This document shows, piece by piece, positions 35,576-49,171 of a DNA stretch of 64,000 bases. Made by a program: the position numbers and the translations under genes. The DNA is from Azolla caroliniana (lineage: Eukaryota > Plantae > Polypodiophyta). Within the stretch, counting starts at the first letter, position 1. Every line of letters begins with the position of its first letter. The notes under the pieces were generated by a model that was given only the letters and a program-made list of their open reading frames with translations, was not told the DNA's origin and ran no database searches. Location of the stretch: contig JBHGNT010000018.1 in the NCBI GenBank assembly GCA_043228905.1, positions 10,974,001 through 11,038,000 of the forward strand. Reading direction: 5' to 3'.

Positions 35576-38500
35576 GGGGTGTACATATCCAACGACTACA
35601 GATAGTGTGTGCTTTTTACAATATTACAAATATTTTCATGAAATGTAAATAATTTTCAAATTCCAAAAGTATTTTACATACTATACGTAAAATACGTAAA
35701 ATACATATTTTATAAGTATCTAACATATTACAAAACGTATTTAACGTATTTTTAAATTGGGAGGTATTATACGCGTATTAATACGTTATATACGTATGGT
35801 ATCCGTACTGTACCTAACGTACTTAACAACCATGGTGTGGACAGGAAAGGATGTCTCGTACCAACACCTAAGGGTGTTTGGATGCTTAGTATATATACAT
35901 GTGGCTAAGGATCAGATGTCGAAGCTAGACAGTAAGTGGAAACCATGCATATTCATGGGATACTCGGAAGATGAGTTCGGCTATAGGTTATGGGAACTAG
36001 TCGACAAAAAGCTAGTGAGAAGTCGGGACATAGTTTTCTTGGAAGTCAAGACGATAGAGGACTAGAAGCAACAGAAGTCGGAATCGATTATCCAGTCAAC
36101 CTCCACTACTATCGACTTGAGGCCAAGTGAACCGACACAATCTGTTGTTCGGAGACAGCCAGTTGGCACAACCGAATCCGAGTCGGTCGACTTGGAGAGA
36201 CCAAACAACTATGAGTCTGAGTCGGTAGAGCTGTTACGATCAATCGAGGAATACGAGTTGGAGTCGTCCAACCTTGCGAAGCCGATCAACATACATGAAC
36301 CCGAGCCCAGAGTAGAGTCAACAGAGACATTTGAACGAGAGCCGAGAACGAATGGAAGGAGATACCCACTTAGAGAAAGGAGAGCACCGACAACATATGC
36401 CAGTCAATACATCCTCTTGACTGAGGAAGGTGAGCCAAAGTGCTATGATGAAGCCACATCTGACAAGCATAGCCTTAAGTGGCTGAGTGCAATGCAAGAC
36501 GAGACGGACTCCTTGCGTGAAAACTACACCTACGACATGGTAGAATTACTGAAAGGTAAGAGAGCACTCAGGAACAAATGGGTCTATAAGGTGAAGACTG
36601 GAGAAGTCGACATCGCGCCTAGGTATAAAGCCCACATAGTGGTGAAGGGGTTCTAACATAAAAAGGGCGACGACTTCGACGAGATATTTGCACCAGTCGT
36701 GAAGATGACATCCATCCGAAATGTTCTAAGCATAACTGGCAACATGAACCTAGAGATCGAACAGTTTGATATCAAGACAACATTCTTGCATGGGGAGTTG
36801 GATGAAGAGATCTACATGCAACAATCCGAAGGCTTTGAGGAGAAAGGGAAAGAGAACCTGGTGTGTCAACTGAAGAAAATCTTGTAAGTGGTACAAGAAT
36901 TTTGAATGCTTCATGGTGGAACATGAGTTCCAAAAACCACAGGCAAATCACTGTGTGTTCATCAAAAGGTATGGCGAAGGTGACTTCTTGATTCTCTTAT
37001 TATATGTATGTGACATGTTGATAGTTGGTCAAGATACAAGGAAGATCGGAAGCTTGAAGAAAGCTCTAGAAAATCGTTTGCCATGAAAGATCTTGGACCG
37101 GCTAAATAGATCTTGGGGATACACATAGTTCGGGACAAAACTAAGAAAGTGTTGTGGTTGTCACAACAGAAGTATGTGACGAAGATCTTGGAAAGGTTCA
37201 ACACGTCAGAAGCAAAGCCAGTTGGCTCGGTGTTGCCGACAAACTACAAGTTAAATGCAAAACAATGCCCGGGAGGGGGAGAAAGAAAAGGCTGAGATGA
37301 GGAAAGTACCATATGCCTCAGCCGTCTGCAGTCTAATGTATGCTATGGACTGCACGAAACCAGACATAGCTTTTGTTGTGGGGACAAGATAGTAAGCCGA
37401 TACATGAGTAATCCAGGAAGAGAACACTGGTCAGCGGTGAAATGGATGCTCGGGTACTTAAAAGGCACCTTGAGGTTATGCTTAAGGTATGGTGTTGGAA
37501 AACCCATGCTCGAAGGGTTTACCGACTCAGACATGTCGGGGGATTAGACTCAAGTCGATCCACCTCGGGGTACATGATGGACAATATAGGGGGTGTCGTG
37601 TCGTGGCAGTCACGACTGCGGAAGTTCGCGGCCTTGTCAACCACAGAGGCAAAGTACATGATAGCGGTAGAGGCCAACAAAGAGCTAATCTTGATGAGAA
37701 ATTTTCTCAGCGAGTTGGGGATGAAGCAAAGGGAGTTCTTGCTTCATTGTGATAGCCAAAGTGCCATACATATAGCAAAGAATGCCATGTACCACTCCGA
37801 ACCAAGCAAATATAGAGAAGGTATCACTGGTTGCGGGAAAAAGTCGAAGAAGGAGAGTTTACTCTCATGAAGATCCGTACCGACGAAAATGGATCTGACA
37901 TGCCGACAAAGAACCTACCGATGGACAAACCTAGAGTCTGTCGACAAAAGACAGGACTGATTGATTCCCTCCCACAAGAGTGAAGGGGGAGTTTGTTGGG
38001 AATATGTCCCTCCAATGGGAGGAGCCGACTATTTGGGCCTAGAAGAGACGACAGTTGAAGACAAGGAGGAGCCAACTGTTCGGGTCGAGTACCGAGAGTC
38101 GAAGAGTCGACAGTAGAGAGTTGGTTGATAATAATAATAATAAAGAGTCGATAGTATAGAGTCGGCTGTAATGATGTATTGTAGGGGCTACATTTGTAAA
38201 TAGCCCATATGATGTATGAGTATAAATACATCTAGGACAAAAATATAATTGAGAGAGAGTGAGGGTTGAAACAATATTGTGTGTGCCTCTGTTGGTGTTA
38301 GTGATACACTAGAGAGAGAGAAAGAGAGCAACGTCATAGTTGAGTGAGATTTGATGCCAAGAGCCCTATGTGGTTGTTACACTCTGTAGAGAGAGAGAGT
38401 GTGTGTGTTGTAATATCGTCATCTTGTATATCCACTGGATAGTGAAGATCTGTTCTCCTGTGGTTTTTTCCCCATTTAGGGTTTCCACATAAATCATTGG

Positions 38501-41500
38501 GTACTGTGCATTTGCTGTTTCCATGTGTATTCTGTATTTCCGAGTTAGTCTTTCTCACAAGTTTGAGATTCGATACTCAACATGTATATGGGGCACAACG
38601 AGTTGGGAAACGTGGTGTTACTCTAGAGAAAGTCTTATTGTATGCACAATGATGGATGATACAAAGGTACGAAATGCTTTGTGAGTGAAGATCATACTAT
38701 CTCATAACTGCCGGTCGTAAAGCACATGAAGAAAGATTGAAAAATAAGGTTAAGGATGTGCCTAAAGATGGAAATCTAGGCAAATAGGGACATGTGACCT
38801 ATGGACAACCCATGTCTTTTACGACTATGCTTTTGGAATTACAATGGATATCCATGGAATGCAGGATTTGGCATAGAGGAGTTCACCGATGACTCAAATA
38901 TCACACTTCTTATTGTAACATGGGAGGATGATACTCAAAGGATTCAAGGTTTAGGAAACTAATGTACACTCTTTGATATGGGAGAAAAATCCAAGACAAA
39001 GAATAGGACAAGGAGGGGTGACATGTTTGATTAAGAAGGAAATAGAGAAATATGTGTCAATCGTAAAAAATGATGAACATAAATGCTACACATGGCTCAA
39101 AATAGAAACACCTAATAATTTTTCCACCTTTGTAGTTCGATGTTACATTTCTCATCAAGATTCTAACATTTATGCTTGTTTGGATAAAGATCAACCTTTT
39201 GCCAATCTAGAAGATGATATTGCTTATTTTAAATCCAAAGGGAAAGACATTGTCTTTGGTAACATGAATGCCCGTACAAGAAGTTTCCAACTTGATGTAC
39301 AACAATCTTTCATGCCACATATCTCAAGGATGCAAGAAGGTATACAAATGTATAACCACTCTTCTAGTGATGAAAAAGATCTGAACCAATTTGGGAAGTT
39401 ACTCCTACAAATGTGCAATAGTACCGAATTGCTTATTGCAAATGATGTCCCCTTATGGCCCAACACTAATGGTTTTACATGTAGAAAATATAATAGAAAT
39501 AATGTAATTGAATATGTGCTACTTTTAGAAGGTATTTTGGATTGTATACATAAGTTGTCGCTTGGTGAATAGACATTGGAATCCGATCATAGGGCTTTAT
39601 GTATTGACCTCAAATGTATACATAGGTTTTATTGTGAGAGGGCCATTGAAGATAATAAACAACCCCACTTGAGGATGAACCTTAAGCGAGCACCCATGTA
39701 TTCCAAGATGGTTGAGGATATGTTATAAATGACAATGTTACAACATGGTGCCACACTAGAATGTAAATGCGAAGCTTTTAAGAAAGTCATTCTCTCATGT
39801 GCAAACAAATGTTTTTCGACCAAGCACACATCTTGGAAATGCATCAAGAAATGTAGTTCAAAGAAAAAATGGGTTGATAAAGAATGTGATGAAGCTGAAA
39901 AGTGCCTCATGATTTTGGATGTAGTTAAGGATAAGGAAAATTACTAAAAGCATTTACATAAGTACAAAAGTCTTATTCAAAGAAAGAGAAGAATATGGGA
40001 AGTTACTCAACAATTTCTCCAAACGTAAGAGAAAGTGCATGCATGTGCTATATTTTGGGGAAATCTAAAGGGGAAATGGGTTGAGAATTATGGTGACTTA
40101 ACTCTTCTTGACTTATCTATGCATTGTAAGAATCTATATGAGCTCTCTGTTGCCAGGAAGATGATATGTTATAGTTCTCTTTCACATATGTATCCCGAAA
40201 GGCAAGCGATCTTCAATGTATAAAGGCCGAAATGCTCAAATGGACGAGAAAGGAAGCACATGCATGGATAAGAGATATGTTTAATCATGCATTGCAACAT
40301 GGTATGCCATATGATTGGACCACAAATTGGATCAAACCTTTACATAAAGGTGGAGATGTAAATAACATAAACAACTATCGAACCATCATGGTTGGCTAGT
40401 TAATGGCAAAACTATTCGGATATATAATGGAATCAAAGATATTAAGTGCGTGGGCTAAAGAAAATGGTGCGCTTATGGACAAGGTGGTTTTCGAAAACAC
40501 CATATCACCAATGATCACCTTGTCACCCTTCAAGTATTAACGAAGGAAAGTCGCCTTAGCGATAAAGGTTTATATTGTTGGTTCGTAGACTTTAAGAGAG
40601 CTTTTGATATTGTACCTCGTGACCATCTTTGGAGGCGAATTGAAGAACTCAAGGTGTCAAGTGAATATATGTTTGTAATCTCCTGAATATATGAGAAAAT
40701 TAATATGTTGCGTGCGTATGAGCAATAAACTTTCAGAATTTTTCGCTAGCACTATTGGTGTGAAGCAAAGATGCCTACTTTCACCAACTCTATTTGGTCT
40801 ATGCATTGATGAATTGGAAGAAATAATTGCTAAGTTTGTATAGGAAGAAGATGTTGAAGAAGTTGCAATTGGGAATGTTTTCATTATGCTTTTGCTATAT
40901 GCGGATGATGTAGTGCTTTTTGCAAATACTTTAGGAGATTTGCAAAAGCTTATGAAGGCATTGGAAAAAATTTGCAAGTATACAAAATTAAGTGTTAATA
41001 GTTCTAAAACAAAGATTATGCTCATGAAGAGCCAAAAAAGAGATAAGTCATGCATTATGTACAATAATGAGCCACTTGAATGTGTGCAAAGCTTTAAATA
41101 TCTTGGCCTTGAAGTTCCTTTAAATCATAGATAGAATGAGTGTGCTACACACTGCTTAGAGGCGGGAAATCGAGCATATTATGCAATTGACAACCACATG
41201 CAATCCTGGAGATATTAAGTGTTCGGTCCTCAAGAAATACCTTTTCGACACTTTGGTGGCACCGGTGCTTCTCTATGGGGTGGAAGTATGGGCAGTAGCA
41301 TCCCTAAATCTACGTGGAAAGAGTTTGAAAATGTCCAAAAACATTTTCTTACAAAGTTTTTACAAGTTAAGAAACAAACGCCCTACACCCTCCTCCTTGA
41401 GATGGGATCACTTCCCATTGAGATCATGGCCATGTAAAGGGTTGTTGAATATATGCTTAAGGTTCAAAAAAATCCCTCACATCAACTTCCTAGAATTGCA

Positions 41501-42065
41501 TGTGAAGCAAGCAAAAAGATCCAAAAGACACATAAAAGCAAAATTTTGTGTTCCAATTGGATGCAAGATATAGAAAAATGGTTTGGTAGATGGGATGCAA
41601 ATCACTTGCTTCATGATGCATCACTAGATTCCTCCATAAGTGAGGCCTTGTTTGCAACGCCAATGTATCATGACATGGACAAATGTGGAGGTTCACGCTT
41701 CACATGTTATACTACACATGTTGCACCTAACTACAAAATTATATTCTTTGCAGAACGGGGAAATCTTACGCATTGATACATGTTAGAGCCCATCCCGTTA
41801 TCTGCCATTTGAACCATTGCTTCCATGCGACTTAGCTCACATGCATTGCGATGTGAGACAAGACGTTGTGGCACAAGTGATCAGAGTGGTCGGCTATGCA
41901 CACTTTGCCCTAAACAAGTTCGAGAGTCTGAGTATCACACTTTGATACAATGCTCTGCCTTTGATCCTACTCGCCCATGCTTTCCACACATCTTTAACCA
42001 AGCCCAATCCTTGCACGAGTTTCTCTCACAACCACAATGTGTGTTCTCGATTGCAACATTCTTGA

Positions 42066-45000
42066 GTACGAGAAGTAGGGAAAAGTTACTTCAGAAGAGG
42101 TAGAGATTGCGGACCAAAATGTGCCAAGTTTGACCGGATGGTCGGGTCCGGTGGATGAAAAGAAGTTATGTGCGACAACCACGAGGTGCTCGTGGATGAA
42201 AAGAGAAAAAGAATGGAAGGGCAAGACGGCCCGTCGAAAAGACATGAAACAAGGAGCGTGAAAAAGAAAGAAGATATGGAAACAAGTCAAGCTTTACAAA
42301 TGGAGGTTGAGGAGTCAAGCCAAAAAGGGGAGGGGAATTGAGCAACAAAATCGAAGAAATGGCTTGACCCATGAGGGTGGTTAATGTTGAAGACCTCTAT
42401 AGGAAGGGGAAAACTATACCTACCTATAAGCTAAGGTCTTGGCATAAAACAAATGACAGATCTGAAGAAGATTCTTGAGGAAAGTAATCTTCATAGCCAC
42501 ATGACTTTGTCCTTGAGAGAATTACTTGGCCTTACGAAAAAGGAGTTCCATGATACAATCATGGACCTTGTAAAAAGAAAAAGGCAACAGTCAGACAAAG
42601 AAGAAGAGATACCACAAAAAGCAAAAGCAAAGGCCATAACGATGGCAAGGGACAAAGTCAATGAAGATATGGTGGACAATCACTATACTTGGCCTCATTG
42701 GGCACGTGCGGCGATGGAGACGCTAGTGAAGCTTGGAGAAAGAAAGGAAACAGTAGTAGCTTTAATAGACCATGGGTCCGAGATCAATCTTATGTTTATT
42801 GAGGACTACAGAAAGTGAAGATGGCCATAAATACTAATCATGGGTGGAAGATCCGTGTTCCTATCACGATCGGTGATGTTGAGATACATCAAAACTTTTT
42901 TGTTTAAGACTCAGCATCCCATCCTATCATTCTTGAACAACCATACATAACATCGTCCCGAATGGGAACCAAAGTGTTTGACAATGGTGCGCATTTGCTC
43001 GAGTAAGAAGTCTTGATGGAAGGAAGGTCGTACAGTTCTTGACTATACATGTCAACCACAAAAGGAACCAGGATAGTCTTGGAGAAGTTGCTTCAAATTT
43101 TTAGATCGAGCTATTTGTGAGCGGGGGGTGAATAGTCCAAAGAAGCATATTCCCCCAAGAAGGAAGAAAGTTCGCGAATTTATGGATGGAGGGTTATACA
43201 TAGCTAGCCCCTAATGGAGTGTGCAAAATAAGCACATTTGACCAAGAAGAAAAGTCTCAGATGCAAAGTTTCGAGGAAGCTTTAAGAGAAGAACAAATAA
43301 TGGAAGGCGATGAAAGCAACAAATGGGTTATGGAGGAAGCCTCGTTTAACGACACCATTGGTGAAATAGAGAATGTTGTGGACTTTGAACTCTTATAACC
43401 AACAAATAATTCAGATAAACTCCATTAAAATGTATGTTGCCATTGACGAGTATAAATGAAGTATCATGGCCGAGATGGTCGAAGCTAAGACAAAATACAA
43501 AACGGTGGACAAGAAAATAAAGCTTGTGGCTATTCCACTACTTGATGATAGTTGGCAAAGAATGAAGTTGCATGGGATCTAAGCCTAAGGAATCCAAGAG
43601 GAATCTGACATACCTTCACTAAAGACACAAGAGAGAAACTTTGTATTGGGAAAGATGAATTTCTCTCCAGAAGTCACATTTCGGGAAATGCTCGAAAGAC
43701 ATGGGAAGAAGAAGAAGTCACATTTCTCTTGCCAAAAGATGCTCGAAAGACATGGGAAAGCATTTGCATTCTATCCAAACGAAATTGGATGTGCCAATCC
43801 AATGATAATAGAACCAATGGTGATATGCACAATACCGCACATGTCGTGGAACCTAAAGTCGATACCAGTCCCAAAAGCGCACATTCCAAAATTAATCAAG
43901 CTCTTGAAAGAGAAAATCGAGATGGGAATTCTAGAACCATCGAATGCTTCTTACTCAAATAGGTGGTTCATGGTACCAATGAATAATGGGACCTTAAAGT
44001 TCATACAACACCTTCGACCAATGAATAAGGTACGAATGTGCAGTCCACAACAGAGACATCACAATAATGAGGACCCTGATAGGATTGGTACGAATGTGCA
44101 TCTTCCCTCAAGGTGCAACCAACTCTGTAGCACACATGGTAAATGCGATGAATAAAGTATTAAGAGATTGCACTCCTGAGAGAACGATGTCATTTTTGGA
44201 TGAGATACCAATCAAGGGTTCTTTGGAAGAAGAAAAGGATGAATCAAAGGATGGGGTTGGGTGTCGAAGATTTGTGATAGACCACATTAAAGATTGTGAG
44301 AAGGTATTACAAAAGCTAGAACTTCTTGGGAGCGTGTACCTTTATCATATTTGGATTCCGCACTACGTTCATGTCGCCGAGCCATTATATGGATTACTGA
44401 AGAAAATGAAGAAGTTCAAATGGCAAGAGGAGCATACAAATGTGATACGAAGATTGAAGAAATTACTACTTGAAGCTCCAACACTACGAAAGGTTGACTA
44501 TACCGAAGATAAGCCAATATATATGACTGTGGATACGAGCCCAACTGGGGTCAGATGGGTTATCAATCAAGAAGACAAAGAAAAGAATCAATATGCGATT
44601 CGAGTCAGTGCGAAAGTGTTGAGTGACAAACAAAGGAAGTACGCTCAAGTGAAGAGGGAGCTATGGGGGATTGTATCTGCTTTGAAAGTTGACTATGATT
44701 ATCTTATTGGAATGGAGGTCATAATCGACACGGATTGCCTACCCATACTTGGTATGATTTCCAGTTGCACCACTCCTGACATGTTGTGATGGTTTGCATA
44801 TATCAAATCACTTAATCTAGAAATATAGCATAATGTGGTGGTAGATATGTTGTCACAAGCAAGATACAACAAAGAGGAAGACTCCAGATCTGATGAAGAA
44901 GATATTGGCATGGACTTCTTCACAACTTCTTATACTCAAACATTGACAACTTTCAAAGACGGGGATTGTAAAGGGGAGTTCATAGAAATCGGCAAATACC

Positions 45001-46710
45001 TAAGCTCCTTGAAGAACGATGAATCGTGGACAGATGAGGATCTCCATCCAATCCAAAAGAAAGCATACCAATACTTCCTTAAAGATGGATACTTTGGAAG
45101 CACCCAAAGAAACGGAAAGGAGCCCCATTGCATGTTGTATGCAATAAAGAAGAGCAACAAACACTTATAATTGAGTTCCATGATAGGGCTCGGGCAGTGC
45201 ATCGAGGAATATGGGTGACTTTGGCAAAATTAAAAGAAAGGTATTGGTGACCTGGATTCTACAAGGTCTGGCAAGTTATGTTGAGACATGCAAAGAATGT
45301 CAGATTTACTCGAATATTTGCCACAAAGATGAGCTTCACCCCACCTATCCATTATCGATACACTACAAATGGATGGTAGACATTGTAATGATGCCATTAG
45401 GACTATGGCAAATGAGATACCTTGTACTAGCAATAGAGGATCTCACAAACCAAGTGGAGGATCGAGCACTGAGAAATAAAACGACATCGGCAATATGTTG
45501 GTTCCTTCTATAAGATGTCATATGTAGATATGGGTGTGTCGGGAAGATAGTAGCAGATAGAGGCGAGTTGGATGCTAATGAATCGAATGAGTTCTTTTCA
45601 AGATTCGGGATCAAGCTATCACTTACTACGGCTTACAACCCAACGGAGAATGACAAAGTAGAATGGGGTCATAGGCCTATCGTGAAGGCATTAGTAAAGT
45701 CTTATCTAGGGAAGCTTAGAGAATGGCCTAGATTGATACCATATGTGTTATGGGCGGATAGGACAACAGACAACACCATCATTGGGTTTATGCCAACATA
45801 ACTCATTATGGTTCAGAAACTTGTCATGCTAATAGCACAAAACATCATTTCATGGACCGCTTTACCAGGGGAAGATAGAATTAGTAGAGAAGATTTGCTA
45901 GCCACAAGTATCCGACAAATGGAGCAAAGACCTGACGATGTCGAAATGGCAATCAACTGCGTAAAGAAAGCTCAACTAAAGAACAAAGAAGCTTTCGATA
46001 AAAAACAACGACTTCTCCCAAAGAAGATAGAAGAAGGCAACTAACTAGGTTTTAGTCTATGACAGTAGTTTGGACAATGAACACAGTGCCACTCAGAAGT
46101 TCTCGAAAAGAAGGTTTAGACCATAAGTAATCAAGAAAGTAAAAGATAATGTTACTTATCAGCTTACGGAGTTAGATAATACTCATCTTGCTGTACCAAT
46201 TGCAGGGAAAAGAGTTAAACAAGGTACACTAAGGGAAAACAACGAAGTACCGTGATTTCATGTTATGGGTGTCGTCAAGGAACTGTTTCACGACATTAAA
46301 CATTTATACTTAAGTACTATACTAAGTGACATTTGAGAGATTTGAACCCATTGCCTCATATACCAATTAGAAAGTTCACACCACTACGCTAAGTTGTTTT
46401 ATTTTAAAATATTATTGTACTTATGCCATGTAAATTGTTATACATGAGATCAAATGAGAAGGATGGTTATCATGCATCACATGTAATGCATGAGCGCCAA
46501 ATGGCAATCATACATTGCATGCATTCCATGCATTGTATGCATGTCTTGTACCCTTGTACCCTCACATGAATCATATGCATGGGTCCACCTATATAAGAAA
46601 AGAAGAAAAATAATAGAAGGGATCAAGAAATAAATAATAAAACCTTAGTTAACTCATTGGTAATGTGTATTGTCTTTTAAAATTGAAGTCAAGGGTTGAA
46701 AGTCGGAATT

Positions 46711-46760
<50 letters not shown>
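42066..46760 (+). mobile_element. Ty3/gypsy family C copy 3, old AT-rich relic with partial LTR
   Basis: ALIDHGSEIN, SYSNRWF, FPQGATNS, FLDE, VDTSPTG, WMVDIV..EDLTNQVE; LTR from TGTCGT at 46270 to a (CT)n tract at 46714-46760. Confidence 0.88.
46333..46706. promoter_or_regulatory. Divergent pair of tRNA-like modules around CATGCA cluster and TATA
   Basis: Minus strand TAGCGTAGTGG (46391)..GGTTCAAATC (46348); plus strand TAACTCATTGG (46650)..degenerate GGTTGAAAGTC (46694); TATATAA near 46590. Confidence 0.6.
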
Positions 46761-46764
<4 letters not shown>

Positions 46765-46889
46765 GTTTTGCAGTAGAACAACAATACACACATTGTCTCA
46801 TGCTTACTCTACGTCTTGCCAGTTCCACAACAAGATTCACACTTGATTGTGCACAAGCACATATACTAGTAGATTAGACAATACAAATG

Positions 46890-47172
46890 TCATCAGTGAA
46901 AAGGAGAGGTCTGTGGGCAAGTCTGAATCTATCCCAATGCACGGACAAGCAAATGCACATGAGTTTAGGTTAACAGACAAGGCAAAATATTCGAATGACT
47001 TTGTGAAAAGGAGAGGTGCATGGACAAGCCTGAATCAACCCCAAGTCACAAGATGAGCGAACACACGACAGGAAGGCTTACAGACAAAGCACGAATGTTC
47101 GAACACCTTTGTGAAAAGGAGAGATGCATGCCCGAATCAACCCCAAGTCACAAGGCGAGTGAACGCACGACA
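46890..47172. repeat. Degenerate tandem repeat of about 108 bp, under 3 copies
   Basis: gtgaaaaggagag recurs near 46896, 47003 and 47111. Confidence 0.75.
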
Positions 47173-47204
47173 TAATACTACACACAAAACACTTCACTAC
47201 AACA

Positions 47205-47506
47205 TGTTGAGGGACAAGCTCAACAAAAAGTTGGGCCGACTGACGAAGCCAAAAGTTGTATTCGCTATAGAGCTGTAAGCCAAATTGGTTGGAAGCCGAC
47301 AAGGCCGTGAGTGTCGTCGAGCCTACATTTCTATGTTAGTAATAGGAATATAATAGGATGTTTAGTGTCAGAGCTCATAAGTGAGCATTAAATACTTTGT
47401 CAGTATTTGTATCAACCCAATGTCAAGGCTTCAATAAAAAGTGTTGTATGAGTACATTGTATGTACTAATCACTATTATTTTGAATACTAAGTTTGTTAT
47501 CTACTA

Positions 47507-47544
<38 letters not shown>

Positions 47545-47545
47545 C
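47205..47545 (+). repeat. Copia family A-like LTR relic
   Basis: Starts TGTTGAGGGACAAGCTCAACA like 1883; shares gagtacattgtatgtac and a (CT)n tract. Confidence 0.7.
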
Positions 47546-47894
47546 TTATGAATGACACTCAGAACAGTGAGATAAACATGGACACAAAGTACTCTAAACT
47601 AAAATTATATGCTTATAGATCGATTCTTTTTACAATGCACCCCTTTTTATAGGTGGTATAAGAAGTTTTCTTTAAGAAACTACAAAACTGCCTTTCGGTA
47701 AGAAACATAAAAACCCGTTCTAACTTCCTACTTGGCATTTTACAACTATTCTATTTTCGACAATTACCTTTCTTAGCCTTTCGATGTACACTTTCACACC
47801 TGTCTTATTTTCGACTCATCACCCAATCAAATATACTTACAACCAACACTCAAACGACTATCACTTTAGACTTTTCTACTTGGGTCGACTTGTG

Positions 47895-48445
47895 GTACTA
47901 AAGAAGTTCCTTTAGGGATTGAAGCAAGCCCCCCGTGCTTGGAACGCAAAGATTACATAGAGACTACATAATATGGGGTTTACTCCGTCGAAGTCGGACT
48001 CTTCATTATTCATTTGACAAGGTCGGAATGGACCAGTGTGCATATTGCTCTATGTGGTTGGTCACCACCATCGCCGACCTTGGAGAAACTAGCCGCGTCA
48101 AGTCTCAATTGGCAACATCATTTGAGATGAACGACTTGGGGGACCTTCACTACTTCCTCAGGATCAACGTGATCCAAACCCCAGAAGACATATTTATCAG
48201 CCAAAGGCATTAAATGCTGAATATACTCTTCAAGTTTGGCATGAAGGATTGCAAATCCTCTTGACAGGAATGTCAAGCTTCGCCATGGATCAGGGTCGAT
48301 GTGCGACACAACACACTTCTGACAAATTGTCGGAAACCTTATGTAGCGGACAATGACCCGACCAGACCTCAATTATCCGATCAAAATTGATTAGTCAATT
48401 TATGTCGCAACGGAAGACTAATCACATCAATGTGCGTAGAGGATG
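47895..48445 (+). pseudogene. Copia family A RT fragment
   Basis: GLKQAP, FEMNDLGDLHYFL, TRPDL. Confidence 0.8.
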
Positions 48446-49112
48446 TTACTCGTATAGGTGTACGGGAGGGTTAGGGGTGTAAAGTATACGGTGTAATGTG
48501 TGAGTGGGAGGATCAGTGTGCATGTACACATGCACGTTTGTGTGCATGTGTACAAATATGTAACGGTCATATTGTGTAATGCCCATATTTTGTACTATAT
48601 AAACCCCACCCTTGGGGCATGAAAGGAATAAGAGAGAATAGTGTCTCCCTCTCATGAAGAACTTGATGGTACCCCGAGCTATTCCTTTGAAAGTCAGAAA
48701 GAATGAAGACGCCACGCCACACCAGTGGCTCACTGTAATGGCTCTTCTTTGATGTGACTATTTGATGGCTCTTCTCTTATGCAACCCAGGCTGAGGCTGT
48801 TGCAGGCTCCATCACCTCCTTCTCCCTCCCTCCTCCTAGAGTCTAAATTATATTGAGGAGATAATTGTTGCCCATGGCTAGTGCATATGATTTGATAAAA
48901 CTCTTGTCCCAGACTATATGCATTCCAGTTGCAGATCCACTTTAGACTTTTTTTGCCTTTGACCTTTGACCTCTTTGTTCTCCCACATGCTGAAAATCTA
49001 GTCTAGTAAATCCCAGACTTCATCATCTCTAAAAACTAGCTGGAACCACAACTCATACTTTCATATGGCATCTGTAAACGTAAGTGTTTGAGAAAGCGTA
49101 ATACAGAGAACA

Positions 49113-49171
<59 letters not shown>

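Larger units (their letters stand above)
32722..35834 (+). mobile_element. Non-autonomous hAT DNA transposon
   Basis: 8-bp TSD GTGTGGAC (32714-21 and 35835-42); imperfect TIRs CAACGTTGTTTA / TTAACAACCATG; many subterminal TACGTA/ACGTAT motifs at both ends. Confidence 0.88.
25021..38582 (+). mobile_element. Ty1/copia family D (related to B), rearranged, hosting a LINE and a hAT
   Basis: TSD TGTAT at 25016-20 and 38583-87; PPT 37982-37991; 3' LTR 37994-38582; gag 25561-25965; INT 27150-27415 and 32591-32721; INT-RT-RH 35835-37980. Confidence 0.9.
24830..42065 (+). mobile_element. Old LINE (ORF1 + APE-RT-CCHC ORF2), split by copia D
   Basis: ORF1 RRSKNIVIRGIKE..HYGMSDVNV|YGAQRVG rejoins across the TGTAT TSD; APE 38830-39600 (GQGGV, GNMNART); RT LLYADD near 40900; CTLC..ESEYHTLIQC. 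Confidence 0.85.
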
